64,000 nucleotides of DNA from an uncultured Chloroflexia bacterium (GCA_963843015.1 CAWJIR010000003.1:3431-67430), one strand, 5' to 3'. Shown: positions 21,790 to 34,054, numbered from the stretch's first letter. Numbers and translations are program-made. Notes: generated by a model from the sequence alone, not told the origin.

Positions 21790-22882
21790 TCCCACTTGAA
21801 CAGCCTCGTCGCGATGACGAACGAGATGACGCCCCACACCGCCAGACCGATGACGTCGATCCCGATGACGTCCAGCCCGGCCCCGTCGTTGATCACGGCT
21901 CGCAGCGCGTCGTTCAGGTAGGTGAGGGGCAGGAAGCGGGTGACCTGCTGGAGGAATTCGGGCATCGCCTCCCGCGGGAAGAACGACCCCGACAGGAACA
22001 TCATCGGCAGGCTGATGAGGTTCGCGACCGGCGCGGCCTGGTTCTCGTTCTTGGCCCAGCCGGCGACCCCGAAGCCCATGGCCAGGAAGACGATCGATGC
22101 CCAGGACGCGAGAGCGCCAGGACCACGGCCACGCTGCCCACCAGCTGGACCCCGAACCACAGCCCCACGGCCAGCAGGATGAGGACCTGGATCAGCGCGA
22201 TCACGAGCCGCGAGCTGACCTGGGCGGACAGGAAGTAGCTCGGCGAGGTGGGCGTCGCGAACAGCCGGCGCAGGGTGCCGGTCTGCTTGAGCTGGACGAA
22301 TCCGAAGGCGACGCTGAACAGGCCGAGCTGCATGATCGTCAAGCCCAGGATGCCGGGCACCAGGAAGTCGATGTAGGCGAGGTCGCGGCCGGCAACCTCC
22401 TCGACCACGACCAGCGGCTCGGGGGAGCCACCGCCGGCGGTCACGAGCGCCTGGGCCACCGCCGCATTCACGATCAAGAGCGCGGTCTGCCCCTCCTGCG
22501 CCGTCGCCGCGTTCGTGTACGCGGTCAATGGCTGGTAGCCGGGGGCGCCCGGCGGCACCAGCTCCCAGCCCTCGGGGAAGACGAGCACCAGCGTTCGGTC
22601 GCCATCCTCGAGGGCCGCCAGCTCATCGTCCAGGCTGCCCTCGGTGACGGTCAGGATCGGCACCTGCTCGAAGGCCGCGACCATGGTTGCGCTCGAGGCC
22701 GTGTCCGCCTCGTCGACCACGCCCAGGTCGAGCTCCGCGGCGGCACCGAAGTTCAGGACCCCGAAGATCAGCATGATCACGAGGGGCAGGAAGAAGCTGA
22801 AGAAGACCGCCGTCCGGTCGCGCAGGAACATCTTTCCCGACGCGACGAACAGGTGCCACAGGATCTCGATCCGCCCGGCCAT
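21786..22882 (-). CDS. ABC-2 type transporter permease (frameshifted)
   Basis: RDRTAVFF, YIDFLVPGILG, GTLRRLFATP, FLSGSFFP...LPLTYLNDALR. Confidence 0.9.
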
Positions 22883-22885
22883 CGG

Positions 22886-23653
22886 TCAGTCCTCTCGGAG
22901 CTCGTGACCGGTGAGGTCGATGAAGACGTCCTCGAGGTTGGCCGGCCGCTCGGTGCGCTCCTTCGTGAAGCCGCGCTCCAGCAGCGAGTCGATCATCGCG
23001 TCCGGCGTGTCGAGGGCCACGATCTTGCCGCCGTCCATGATCGCCACGCGGTCGCAGAGGGTCTCGGCCTCCTCCATGTAGTGGGTCGTCAGGATCACGG
23101 TGTGCCCGCGGCGACGGATGTCGCTGATGACGCCCCACAGGTGGCGCCGGGCCTGGGGGTCGAGCCCGGTGGTGGGCTCATCGAGGAAGAGGACCCGCGG
23201 GTCGTTCACGAGCGCGGCGGCGATGCTGAAGCGCTGCTTCTGCCCGCCGGACAGGGTCTTCACCTGGCTCTTCGCCTTGTCGGTCAGCTCGACGCCGGCC
23301 AGCAGGGCGGCCGCGTCGGCCCGCACGTGGTACAGGTGGCCGAACAGGACGAGCAGCTCGGTGAGGTTGAGCTCCTCGAAGAAGGCCGACGACTGGAGCT
23401 GGATCCCGATCCGGGCTTTCACCGCCCGCGGGTCGGAGGCGACGTCCAGGCCGTCGACGGTGGCCGTCCCACCGTCGATGGGCCGCATGCCCTCGAGCAT
23501 CTCGAGGGTGGTCGTCTTGCCCGCCCCGTTGGGACCGAGGATCCCGAAGACCTCGCCCTCGGCCACCTCGAAGCTCACGCCGTCGACCGCCTTCAGCGTC
23601 CCGTAGGACTTGCGCAGGTCGCGGGCGACGATGATCGGCTGGGCGACGGTCAT
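22886..23653 (-). CDS. ABC transporter ATP-binding protein
   Basis: GPNGAGKTT, LSGGQKQR, FLDEPTTGLD, TTHYMEEAE. Confidence 0.95.
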   Translation of the reverse strand: MTVAQPIIVARDLRKSYGTLKAVDGVSFEVAEGEVFGILGPNGAGKTTTLEMLEGMRPIDGGTATVDGLDVASDPRAVKARIGIQLQSSAFFEELNLTELLVLFGHLYHVRADAAALLAGVELTDKAKSQVKTLSGGQKQRFSIAAALVNDPRVLFLDEPTTGLDPQARRHLWGVISDIRRRGHTVILTTHYMEEAETLCDRVAIMDGGKIVALDTPDAMIDSLLERGFTKERTERPANLEDVFIDLTGHELRED

Positions 23654-23677
23654 GGGAGGCCGATGGTAGCGGCCGGC

Positions 23678-25076
23678 TCAGGCGTGGCGCCAGACCCGCC
23701 AGATGGCTCCCGGATCGGAGAGGGGGTCGCCGTGGACCAGGAAGAAGCGGGCCGGGCCGCCTTCGCGGAGGACACCCGCATCGGGCTCGCCGAGGGCCTC
23801 GCCGCCCCGCCAGGTGACCGCCGCGAGGGCCTCGACCGGCGGGAGGCCCGCGCTGACGAGCGCCTGGAACTCCCAGCCGATGTGGTTCGCCCGACCGGAT
23901 CCCCCGCCGGAGTCGGAGCCGGCGGCGATGGCCACCCCCGCCGCTCGCGCCGTTCGCATCGCGGCCGAGGCGCCCTCGAGCTGGCCCTGGAGGCGGCGCT
24001 GCGAGGAGGGCGCCGCGTAGAACGGGACGGTGGTCGTGGCACCGAAGCTCAGCCAGGAGTGGAAGACGCTGAGCGTCGAGACCAGGATCGTGCCCGTGTC
24101 GTGCATCCGACGCGCGGTGTAGGCATCGAGCTCGGTGCCATGCTCGATGGTGTCGACGCCGGCCTCCACCCCGGTCTGGATGTCGCGGATCCGACCGGCG
24201 TGCGCGGCGACCCGCGCGCCTCGGGCGTGCACCGCGTCGACGACCCGCCGGGTCTCGGCGATGGACCACGGGGTCGTGCTCGGATCGGGTCCCTCGAGGT
24301 ACAGCTTCACGAGGTCGGCCCCCTGGTCCAGCTGCTGGAGGGCAACCGCGAGCAGCTCGTCGGCGTTGCGCGGCCTCGGCGCTGACCCGGCCCCCGAGGG
24401 AGCCGGCTCGGCTGACCCAGCTCCCCGCGGCGCGGATCTCGGGGAAGCCGGCGCGGCCGCGGAGCCGGTCGCGGACGCCAAGCGACGCGGCCCGCGTCTG
24501 GCCGTCGACCGGGTCGGTGACGATCGGGGCGCCGAGGTCGCGCACCCAGCGCACGCCCGCCTGCCAGGCGAGCGCGGCATTGGCCTCGCCCGGTCGCCGC
24601 CAGCGTCGCCGGCGGGTCGCCGAAGCGGGCGATCCAGTTCACCCCGCCCGCGCCGGTGAGGTGGGCGTGGGCGTCGACGAGACCCGGCACGATCGTGGCG
24701 CCGGCGGCATCGACCACCGTGGCGCCGCTCACCGGCTCCTCTCCGTCGGTCGGCCGAATCCAGCGCACGACGCCGTTCTCGGTCAGCAGGCTGACGTTCC
24801 GCTGGAGGCTCGGCGAGCGCCCGTCGGCCAGGGCCGCTCCGCGGTAGAGGACCGGCGCCGCCGGGCTCGGGGTGGGCGCCGGCGTCGGAATGGAGGATGG
24901 CGGTCGGCGTGCCGACCGGCGTCGAGGACGTCGGCCGGGACGGTGGTGGGCCGCGGCGTGGGGCTGATGGTCGGGATGAGCGTCTCGGCACAGGCCACGA
25001 GGAAGGCGGCGGGCGTCAGGGCCCCGAGCTGCAGGATGCGGCGCCGCGAGATCCGCGTGGGATCAGGCCCGCTCAC
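23678..25076 (-). CDS. amidohydrolase family protein with Tat/lipoprotein signal (frameshifted)
   Basis: SRRRILQ...FLVAC; PGLVDAHAHL, GADLVKLY, VAAHA, TIEHG, AGSDSG. Confidence 0.8.
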
Positions 25077-26275
25077 CCCACGACCGCCTCGTACACCGTC
25101 AGCGTCCGATCGGCCACGCCCTTCCAGCTGAACTCCTCCACCGCACGCTGGCGGCCGGCCTCGCCCATCGCGGCGCGCCGGGCGGGGTCGGCAACGAGGC
25201 CGTTGATGGCCGCAGCCAGCTCGATCGCCACGGACTCCTCATCGGCCTGACCCATCGGTCCGTCTCCCGGAACGTCCACCAGCAGCCCGGTCCGACCATG
25301 GACGACCACCTCGGGGATGCCGCCCACCCGGGTGGCGACGACCGGTGCGCCGCAGGCCATGGCCTCGAGATTGGTGATGCCGAACGGCTCGTAGACCGAT
25401 GGGCAGGCGAACACCGCAGCGTGGCTGTAGAGCTGGCGCACGGTCCGTCGGTCGAGCATCTCGGGGATCCAGTGGATGGCCCGGGTCGGGGCCACGGCCC
25501 GCGCTTCGGCCACGCCGGCCTCCACCTCCGCCGCGATCTCCTCGGTGTCCGGCTGGCCGGCGGCCAGCACGACCGCGATTCGGGGGTCCAGGTGCCGAAT
25601 GGCCCGGACCAGGACGGTGATCCCTTTCTGACGGGTGACGCGGCCGACGAAGAGGACGTACGGCGCGGCCGGGTCGATCCCGAACCGGGCGAGGGCGTCG
25701 CGGTCCGGATCGGGCGCAAAGCTCTCGGCGTCGATCCCGTTGTGGACGACATGGATGCGGGCTGGATCCACCTCGAAATGGGCGAGGACGTCCTGGCGGG
25801 TGGCATCGCTGACCGCGATCACGGCGTCCGCCTGCTCGAGGGCCTGGCGCTCGACCCAGGCCGAGGCGTCGTACCCGCTCCCCAATTGCTCGCGTTTCCA
25901 CGGCCGGAGTGGCTCGAGAGAATGGACGGTGACGACCAGCGGCAGCCCGTAGGCCTGACCGATGACCAGGCCACCGAGGTGCACGTACCAGGTATGGCAG
26001 TGCACGAGGTCGGCGGTGGGCGGATCCGCCGCCATGGCGAGGTTCCGACCGAAGGCCGTCAGCACCGGGCGCAGCGCCTCGGGGGCGTCGGCCGGGTCGA
26101 GGGGAGAGGGGTAGCCGCGGACGCGCCACCCCGGCTCGTCGTGGTGCTGGTCGCCGAACGTCCGGATGTCGAGGTCCACGCGCCCGCGCAGCGCGTTGCT
26201 CAGCTCGGCGACGTGCACGCCCGCGCCGCCGTAGACCGACGGCGGGAACTCGTTGGTCAGGAGCACGACGCGCAC
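25073..26275 (-). CDS. glgA: glycogen synthase, actinobacterial GlgA/GlgM type (GT4)
   Basis: EFPPSVYGGAGVHV, HCHTWY, HSLEPLRPWKREQLG, YEPFGITNLEAMAC. Confidence 0.9.
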   Translation of the reverse strand: MRVVLLTNEFPPSVYGGAGVHVAELSNALRGRVDLDIRTFGDQHHDEPGWRVRGYPSPLDPADAPEALRPVLTAFGRNLAMAADPPTADLVHCHTWYVHLGGLVIGQAYGLPLVVTVHSLEPLRPWKREQLGSGYDASAWVERQALEQADAVIAVSDATRQDVLAHFEVDPARIHVVHNGIDAESFAPDPDRDALARFGIDPAAPYVLFVGRVTRQKGITVLVRAIRHLDPRIAVVLAAGQPDTEEIAAEVEAGVAEARAVAPTRAIHWIPEMLDRRTVRQLYSHAAVFACPSVYEPFGITNLEAMACGAPVVATRVGGIPEVVVHGRTGLLVDVPGDGPMGQADEESVAIELAAAINGLVADPARRAAMGEAGRQRAVEEFSWKGVADRTLTVYEAVVG

Positions 26276-26323
26276 GTGGGGAGCCTACCGCGGACCGGCT
26301 ACGGCGGGCCGGACCGCCTCGCG

Positions 26324-26355
26324 TTGACGATCCTCGGATACTCCCCCATAGTATC
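26324..26355 (+). promoter_or_regulatory. copA promoter with CsoR-like operator
   Basis: TTGACG-17-CATAGT overlapped by palindrome GATACT-CCCCCAT-AGTATC. Confidence 0.65.
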
Positions 26356-26378
26356 TGGAAGACGAGCCCTCTCGACCG

Positions 26379-28694
26379 ATGACGACGACCTCCCCGCCCC
26401 CTCCCAGCACCCTCCTCGAGATCGTCCTGCCCGTGGAGGGCATGACCTGCGCGAGCTGCGTGAACCGGATCGAACGGTTCCTGTCCCGCGCCGAGGGCGT
26501 CCAGGGGGCCACCGTCAACCTCGCCTCCGAGCACGCGTCGGTGCAGCTACGACCCGGCACGCATCGATCGCGCCGGGATCGTGTCAGCCATCGAGGCGGC
26601 GGGGTACGACGTCCGACCCCAACCGGTCATCGGGCGGGATCGCGCCGCGGTGGAGGCGAACGCCACCGACACCGATCGTGCCCGCGCCGCCGAGCGGCGC
26701 GGGCTGCTGCGGGATGGCCTGGCTGCCGTCGCCATCGGCCTGGGCATGATGGTCGTGACCTTCTGGCCCGGTGGACCGCCACTGCCGATGGAGCAGCTGA
26801 ACCGCGTCCTCCTGCTGCCCGCCGCCTTCGTCCAGGTCGTCCTCGGCCGGCGCTTCCTGTCGCGGGCCCTGCGCGGCCTGCGTCATGGCGAGCTGACGAT
26901 GGACACGCTGGTCGCCATGGGCACGTGGGCGGCCTTCGGGTATTCGCGTGGCCATCACCCTCTTCCCGGCGGCCGCCACCGCCGCCGGCCTGCCGCTCGA
27001 CACCTTCTACGAGACGGCCGCGATCATCATCGGCTTCGTCCTGATCGGTCGGTGGCTCGAGGCACGGGCCAAGAACGAGGCGGCGGGCGCCGTGCAGGCC
27101 CTCCTCCGCCGACGGCCGGCCGTGGCTCGGGTCGTCCGAGATGGCGCCGAGGCCGAGCTCGCGATCGACGAGGTACGGGTCGGCGACCTGGTGCGGGTGC
27201 GGCCCGGCGAGCGGATCGCGGTCGACGGGATCGTGGTCGAGGGTGCGAGCGCGGTCGACGAGTCAACTGCTGAGCGGCGAGTCGGAGCCTGTCGAGAAGG
27301 CGCCGGGCGACCGCGTCACCGGTGCGACCGTGAACGCCACCGGCACGCTGCTCGTTCGGACCGACCGGGTCGGCCCGGACACGACGCTGGCCCAGATCGC
27401 GCGGCTGGTCGAGCATGCCGAGGGGTCGAAGGCTCCCATCCAGCGGACGGTGGACCGCGTCGTCGCCTGGTTCGTCCCGATCGTGGCCCTCGTCGCCGCC
27501 CTGACGTTCGTGGCCTGGATGGTGCTCGGCCCGGAGCCGCAGCTGCCGCTGGCCCTCGCCAGCGCGATCGGGGTCCTGATCATTGCCTGTCCGTGCGCCA
27601 TGGGCCTGGCCACCCCAACCGCCCTGATGGTGAGCACGGGCGCCGGTGCCGAGGCCGGCATCCTGGTGCGCGACGGCGCGGCGATGGAGCAGGCCGCACG
27701 GGTCCGCGACGTCGTGTTCGACAAGACCGGCACCCTCACTCGGGGCCGACCCGAGGTGACCGAGATCCTGGGCGTCGCGGATGGCCCGGATGAAGCCCGT
27801 CGGCTGCTCCTGCTCGCGGCTGCCGCCGAGCGCGGAAGCGAGCATCCGTTCGCCTCGGCCATCGTGCGGCGAGCCGGCGGCGAGGGACTCGACGTCGAGG
27901 ACGTGCCGGTCACCGCGTTCGAGGCTGTCCCGGGGGGCGGCGTCCGGGCGCGGGTGAACGGCCACGAGGTCGTCATCGGGAATGCGCGGTGGCTGGCGGA
28001 ATCCGGCGTGGAGGTAGCGCCTCCACCGGCCCTGGCCGAGGCCGCCGACGCGGCCGAATCGGAAGGTCGGACGGCCGTGTGGATCGCGCAGGACGGGACA
28101 CTCTGCGGCGTCCTGTTCGTGGCCGACCGGCTCAAGCCGTCCGCTGCGCCGGCGGTGGCCGCGCTGCGGGCGGCGGGCATCGAGCCGTGGATCCTGACCG
28201 GTGACCGGCGCGCGGTGGCATTGACCGTGGCGCGCGAGGTTGGGATCGGCCCAGATCGGGTCCTGGCCGAGGTCCAGCCGGCCGGCAAGGCCGAGGCCGT
28301 GGCCGCGCTCCAGCGCGAGGGCCGAACCGTGGCGATGGTCGGCGACGGTCTCAACGACGCCCCCGCCCTCGCCCAGGCGGACCTCGGCGTGGCCATCGGC
28401 ACCGGCGCCGACGTCGCGGTCGAGGCCAGCGACCTGACCGTGATCGGCGACGACCTGCGCGCGGTGTCCGCCGGGATCGGACTGGCCCGGGCAACGGTCC
28501 GGGTCATTCGCCAGAACCTGGTGTGGGCGTTCGGCTACAACGTCGTCCTCATCCCGGTCGCCGCGGGCATCCTGTACCCGTTCACCGGGTGGACGCTGAG
28601 CCCGGCACTGGCCGCCGGCGCCATGGCGCTCTCGAGCGTGAGCGTCGTCACGAACTCGCTGCGGCTCCGTCGATCCGGGGCCAGGATCGACTGA
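26379..28694 (+). CDS. copA: copper-translocating P1B-type ATPase (frameshifted)
   Basis: GMTCASC, CPCAMGLATP, DKTGT, SEHP, MVGDGLNDAP, YN and MALSS. Confidence 0.95.
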
Positions 28695-28714
28695 CCGATA
28701 CGGAGGAGGACCAC

Positions 28715-28909
28715 ATGGACACCACGATCGACACGCTGCCCCACGACCCGGTCTGCGGCATGAGCGTTGAGCCGCTTCGCGCCGAGGCGAACGGTCTGGT
28801 CGCCGAGCACAACGGGGTCACCTACTACTTCTGCGGACGCGGCTGCCTCCTCGACTTCCGCGACGATCCCGACCACTACATCGACCCGGCCTACGTCCCG
28901 CACATGTAG
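28715..28909 (+). CDS. YHS domain protein
   Basis: DPVCGMSV...YYFCGRGC...DPDHY; GGAGGA RBS. Confidence 0.85.
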   Translation: MDTTIDTLPHDPVCGMSVEPLRAEANGLVAEHNGVTYYFCGRGCLLDFRDDPDHYIDPAYVPHM

Positions 28910-28918
28910 GCTGCCGAC

Positions 28919-29997
28919 ATGGGGAGTGGGCAGGCTCCAGGGCCTCCGTGGGGCCACGACTGGGCGGGCCGATTCGAGGAGCATGTCTTCGACTCGGCGG
29001 TCCTGAAGGCCAACCCGCTGGGCGACCCGCACCAGCGCCCGTTGTACGTCTACACCCCGCCGGCCTACGAGTCGGAGCCGGAGCGGCGGTTCCCGAGCAT
29101 CTACCTCATCCAGGGCCTCACCGGGCAGGTCGACATGTGGCGCAACCGCAAGGCGTTCCGCCGCACCGTGCCGGAGCTGATCGATGCCGCGTTCGCGCGA
29201 GCCGGGGCAGGCGCCGGCCGTCGTCGTCCTGGTCGACTGCTGGACGAGCCTCGGCGGTAGCCAGTTCCTCGACTCGCCGGGGACCGGGCGATACCTGACG
29301 TACCTGTGCGACGAGGTCATCCCGTGGGTCGATGCCACGTACCGGACACGGCCCGAGGCGCGGCACCGGGCGATCACCGGCAAGTCGTCGGGTGGCTACG
29401 GAGCCATGGTCCTGCCCATGCTCCGACCGGACCGATTCGGCGCGCTGGCAACCCACGCCGGCGATGCGCTGTTCGAGGTCAGCTACCTGCCGGACATCCG
29501 CCAGGCGGCACGCGGCCTCCGGGATCGGTATGACGGGTCATATGAGCGCTTCTGGTCCGCGTTCCGGTCGCGGGTCGGCGCCGTCCCGCACGGCGATCCA
29601 TGAGCTGCTGAACATGTGGTGCATGGCCGCGTGCTACTCGACCGATCCCGATGGCACGGTTCGGCTCCCGTTCGACCCGTCGACCGGCCGGCTGATCCCC
29701 GAGATCTGGGACCGATGGCTGGCCCATGACCCGGTGCGCATGGTCGCCGCGCGCGCCGAAGCCCTGCGCCAGCTGAGCGGGATCTGGATCGACGCCGGCA
29801 CGAGCGACGAGTTCTACCTCGACCTGGGTGCCATCGCGTTCCGCGACGAGCTGGCGGCCATCGGGGTCACCGAGCCGGTCGTCCGCTTCGAGCTGTTCGA
29901 GGGCACGCACTCGGACCTCGAGTACCGGTACCCGATGGCAATCGCCTGGCTGGCCGACCGAATATCCGATACGGCCGGAGGCGTCGAAGCCGGCTAG
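28919..29997 (+). CDS. alpha/beta hydrolase esterase, enterochelin-esterase-like (frameshifted)
   Basis: NPLGDP...VYTPP, GKSSGGYGA nucleophile elbow, DAGTSDEF, GTH. Confidence 0.85.
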
Positions 29998-31655
29998 GCG
30001 GCCACCACCCGGTCGCGGCCGCCGCGCTTGGCCATCGAGAGGGCCACGTCGGCGGTGCGGAGCAGCGCTTCCGCCGTGGGCTCCGCGTCGTCCAGGGCGG
30101 CGCAGCCGGCGGAGACGGTCAACCGCAGGGGCGCGCCATCCTCGGCCGGGATGGTGCGCGACCCGAGGCGGATACGGACCTCTTCGGCCACCCGCACCGC
30201 CTGGTCGCGATCGGCCCCGTCGAGGACGACCACGAACTCTTCGCCGCCAAAGCGGGCCACCATGTCGGTCTGGCGCATCCGCTCGCGCATGACGTGGGCG
30301 AAGACGCGCAGCGCCTGGTCGCCGACCTGGACGCCGTGGAGCTTGTTGAACGAGCCGAAGTGGTCGAGGTCGAACAGGATGGCGGCCACCGGGCGCCGCT
30401 CCGACTCGGGCATGGCATTGCGGGCGGTCAGCAGGCGCGCAACGCTGTCGTCGAAGAACCGGCGGTTGTGGAGCCCGGTCAGTCCGTCGCGGACGGCGAG
30501 ATCGGCGAGCGCCTGGCGGTCCCGCGCCAGGGCCAGAGCGGCGGCGATCTTGTCGGCCATGGTCGCGACCAGGTCGCGGTCGATGCGGTCCAGAGGCTCG
30601 GAGGCCATGGACTCGATGTTCAGGACGCCGAGCAGGACGCCGTCCAGGACCATGGGGGCCGCGATCTCGCTGACGACGCGGCTGTCCCCGGGCACGTAGT
30701 CCGGGTCAGCCTGGACGTTCTGCACGAGCTGTACCGCGCCCGTCCGTGCAGCGCGGCCGACCACGCCGCGGCGCGGGTCGAACTGCGACATGTCGATGGC
30801 GTAGCCGCGCTGCGCGCCCAGCTTGAGCGTGTCCCCCTCGGCGATGAAGATGACGGCAAGCGCGTACCCGAAGCGCTCGACCATGACGTCGGCCACCCGT
30901 TCCAGCAGCTCGGGCGTGGCCCCGGCCGTCACGAGCAGCCGGCTGACCGCCTCGAGGCCGGCGATCTGGCGGGACCGCCGCCGCTCGGACACGGCCGTCG
31001 CGCGGAATTGGTCGCTGACCTCTTCCAGCTGGCCCACCAAACGCCGGGTCCCGATCGCCAGCACGGTGGACACGCCCACCAGGGCGACTCCACGCGGCGT
31101 CACGCTCGGCGACCGCGAGCGGGTGCAGGGCGGTTTCCGGATCGAGCAGGATGGCGAGCTCCGGGACGAGGTAGATCACGGCCGCGGTGACCCCGATGAC
31201 GATCGCCTGCGCCGGGCCCAGCGCGGCAGCTGCGACCACGACCGGGAGGTAGAGCGGGAAGAGCGGGCGGGTCGGGCCGCCAACCGTGTTCACCAGGGCC
31301 CACACGAAGAGCAGCCCGATCGTCAGGCGCATGAACGTCCAGCCTCGCGGGGTCAGGAACCGATGGCGAGCGGGGACGAGGCCGGCGAGGGCCTGCAGGC
31401 CGATGAACACGACGCTCAGGACGATGGCGCTGGCGGTGTCGTCGGTGAAGAAGCTGACCGATGCCACCGCCACCGCGACCGGCGCCAGCAGGGCGGTGTA
31501 CATCAGCGCTGGGTCGCGAGCGAGGCGTCGCAGGCGCTTCGACCGCCCGCCGGTCGAGCGCGGCCGCTGCCGCGACGGACGCGCGAAACCTGCCGCGGGT
31601 CGGACAGGCCGGCCACCGGCAGTTCGGCGACCCCCCGGTCCACCAACTGTGACAT
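29994..31655 (-). CDS. membrane GAF-GGDEF diguanylate cyclase (frameshifted; start uncertain)
   Basis: TM helices, GAF domain, DGLTGLHNRR, DLDHF, ARFGGEEF. Confidence 0.85.
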
Positions 31656-31734
31656 CCAGGCCGGACCGTACCGAACTGCCCAGCAACGCACCATGAACCG
31701 GAAGTACCGATCACGCCGCGTACACTCCTCCGCG

Positions 31735-32760
31735 ATGCGCCTCGCTCACGTTCGCGAACGGAATTCGCCGATCGGGACCCCGTGGCGCCTCGCGGCTGCC
31801 CGTGACAACGGCACCGAGTGGCTCGACCTCGAAGTCGCAAGGGCCCGCCTCGTCGCAGAGGATCCGCGCCTCGTACATAACTCACCGCTGTTTCGGCAGC
31901 CACTCGGCACACTCGACGGCCATCTGTCAGCCGCGGCCTCCGGGTGGACGCGCTGGCCGAGATCGTCGAGTCGTTCGACGGGTCATCCTGCCGCCGACCC
32001 GCCCCTGCTGCCAGCGGAGCGATCTGGCCTTCGGGCCGCCCATCCTCTCATCCGCCGTCCTTTCGCGACTTCTATGCCTTCGAGCAGCACGTCGGGACGA
32101 TGTGGCGGCGCCGCGGGCACGACATCCCCGAGGCGTGGTTCCGGCTGCCGATCTTCTACTTCGGCAACACGTCGGAGGTCCGCGGTCCGGACGAGCCGGT
32201 CTGGGCACCGGACGGATCGGTCGAGCTCGACTACGAGCTGGAGGTGGGGGCCCTGATCGACACGCCGGCCATCGACCTCGCCTCGGAGCGGGCCGAGGAG
32301 GCCATCGGCGGGTACGTCATCCTCAACGACTGGTCGGCGCGCGACCTCCAGCGCGAGGAGACGACGGTTCGCCTCGGGTCCGGCCAAGGGCAAGGACTTC
32401 GCGACCAGCATCGGTCCGTGGCTGGTCACCCCCGACGAGCTGGCCGATGCCCGCTCGGGAACGGGCTACGACCTCGCGATGACCGCCGATGTGAACGGAG
32501 CCGAGATCAGCCGCGGCTCGTGGTCCGCGGCGCACTTCTCGTTCGGCGACATGCTGGCCCGCGCCTCGGCCGACGCTCGGCTCCGGCCTGGCGATCTCGT
32601 CGGCAGCGGGACTGTGGGGAGCGGCTGCCTGCTCGAGGTCGGCGAGGAGCGCCTCGGGCGGTGGCTGGAGCCGGGCGACGAGGTCACGCTCCGCATCGAA
32701 CGTCTCGGGGAGCTGCGAACGCCGGTCGTGAGCCGGCCCGAAGGGAGGACCGCACGTTGA
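31735..32760 (+). CDS. fumarylacetoacetate hydrolase family protein (frameshifted)
   Basis: RDFYAFEQH, LDYELE, NDWSARDLQ, KDFAT, GSGTVGSGCLLE. Confidence 0.9.
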
Positions 32761-33254
32761 ATGAGCAGATGGACCTGATGGCGCGGCTGGCCGTGGCCGA
32801 AGGCCGGCTGGCGGCGTTCGCCGAGAGCCCGCCGCCGGGACTGACCGATCCCGATCCCGCCACCGGAGAGCAATGGGACGCCGGCCAGGCGTGGGCCCAC
32901 GTCGCCGAGTTCGTCCCGTACTGGCAGCGCGAGATCCACCGGGTCGTGGCCAGCGCGGGGTCGGGCGCCGATCCAGTCCCGTTCGGTCGGACCTCGGAGG
33001 ATGCCGGTCGGGTTGGGGCAATCGAGGCCGGCCGCCACCAGCCGCCGGCCGAGCAGATGACCGAGCTGGCTGCCGCGCTGGGCCGGCTCCGGACGTACCT
33101 CATGGGGCTGAGCGGCCCACAGTGGTCCGCCCGCGGGATACACGCGAGGCTGGGAGAGATGACCGTCGCCCAGATCATGGAGCGATTCGTGGTCGGCCAC
33201 CTCGAGGAGCACGCCGATCAGCTGGAGAAGCTCGCCGCAGAGCCTCACTCGTAG
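32757..33254 (+). CDS. DinB family protein
   Basis: WDAGQAWAHVAE...VGHLEEHADQL. Confidence 0.7.
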   Translation: MNEQMDLMARLAVAEGRLAAFAESPPPGLTDPDPATGEQWDAGQAWAHVAEFVPYWQREIHRVVASAGSGADPVPFGRTSEDAGRVGAIEAGRHQPPAEQMTELAAALGRLRTYLMGLSGPQWSARGIHARLGEMTVAQIMERFVVGHLEEHADQLEKLAAEPHS

Positions 33255-33265
33255 GAGCCGACACG

Positions 33266-33604
33266 ATGCAGACCATCGGGATCGTCCTGAACGTGGGCGA
33301 AAGCCATTCCGCGGAGTTCGAGCGCGGTTTCCGGGCCCAGGAAGAGCCAATCTGGCGTGACCTGGAATCACGCGGGCTCCTGGTCCGAGCGACCCTCAGC
33401 CGAGTCGACATCAGCACCATGCGGGTCGATGGCGCGGTCCAGTACCTGGTCGTCGCCATCTTCGCCACCGACGAAGGACACCACGCCCACGACGCCGATC
33501 CGCGCTTCGAGGCATGGAACCGGGAAGCCGACGGCTATCAGATCGCGGAGCCGTACGTCTTCGGCGGCGACGCCATCGTCGCGGTCGGCCAGGAGCAGTC
33601 CTAG
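33266..33604 (+). CDS. hypothetical protein
   Basis: AGGAG RBS and ATG; MQTIGIVLNV...HHAHDADPRFEAWN; follows dinB on the same strand. Confidence 0.65.
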   Translation: MQTIGIVLNVGESHSAEFERGFRAQEEPIWRDLESRGLLVRATLSRVDISTMRVDGAVQYLVVAIFATDEGHHAHDADPRFEAWNREADGYQIAEPYVFGGDAIVAVGQEQS

Positions 33605-33640
33605 GTCAGCGCCGTCGGCATCGGTACAATCCTCGCGCAG

Positions 33641-33716
33641 GCGGGAGTAGCTCAGTTGGCAGAGCGTCAGCCTTCCAAGCTGAATGTCGCGGGTTCGATC
33701 CCCGTCTCCCGCTCCA
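33641..33716 (+). tRNA. tRNA-Gly (anticodon TCC)
   Basis: Cloverleaf GCGGGAG/CTCCCGC, anticodon loop CTTCCAA, GGTTCGATC T-arm, encoded CCA; TACAAT -10 at 33625-33630. Confidence 0.97.
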
Positions 33717-33745
33717 CCCGGTTTCGCTGCGAACCTGATCGCATC

Positions 33746-34048
33746 ATGGCGACGCGGAATGGGCCGGTCAGCGTCGCGTGCGAGCCCGCCGATGACGGGC
33801 TGGCGCTGCACGGTCACCGTCGGAGAGGATCCCGCCGCGGTCACCTATCGCGTCGCGGTTGACCGCAGCCGATCTCGAACGCCTCGCTCCCGATGGCACG
33901 CCCGCCGAACGCCTGGTCGAGGAGTCGTTCGCCTTCCTGCTCGAGCGCGAGCCGCGCGAGTCCATCCTCCGCGACGTTCGAGCTGCCGGTGATCGGTCGC
34001 TACTTCCCCGAGTACGAGCGCGAGATCCGACGACGGCTGGGCGGCTGA
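33746..34048 (+). CDS. hypothetical protein (frameshifted)
   Basis: ERLVEESFAFLLEREPRESILR...IGRYFPEYEREIRRRL. Confidence 0.7.
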
Positions 34049-34054
34049 TCGCCC

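Noticed and set aside
33641-33760. tRNA-Gly as an integration site for a genomic island
   Set aside because: No integrase, no duplicated tRNA 3' end and no evident compositional shift.
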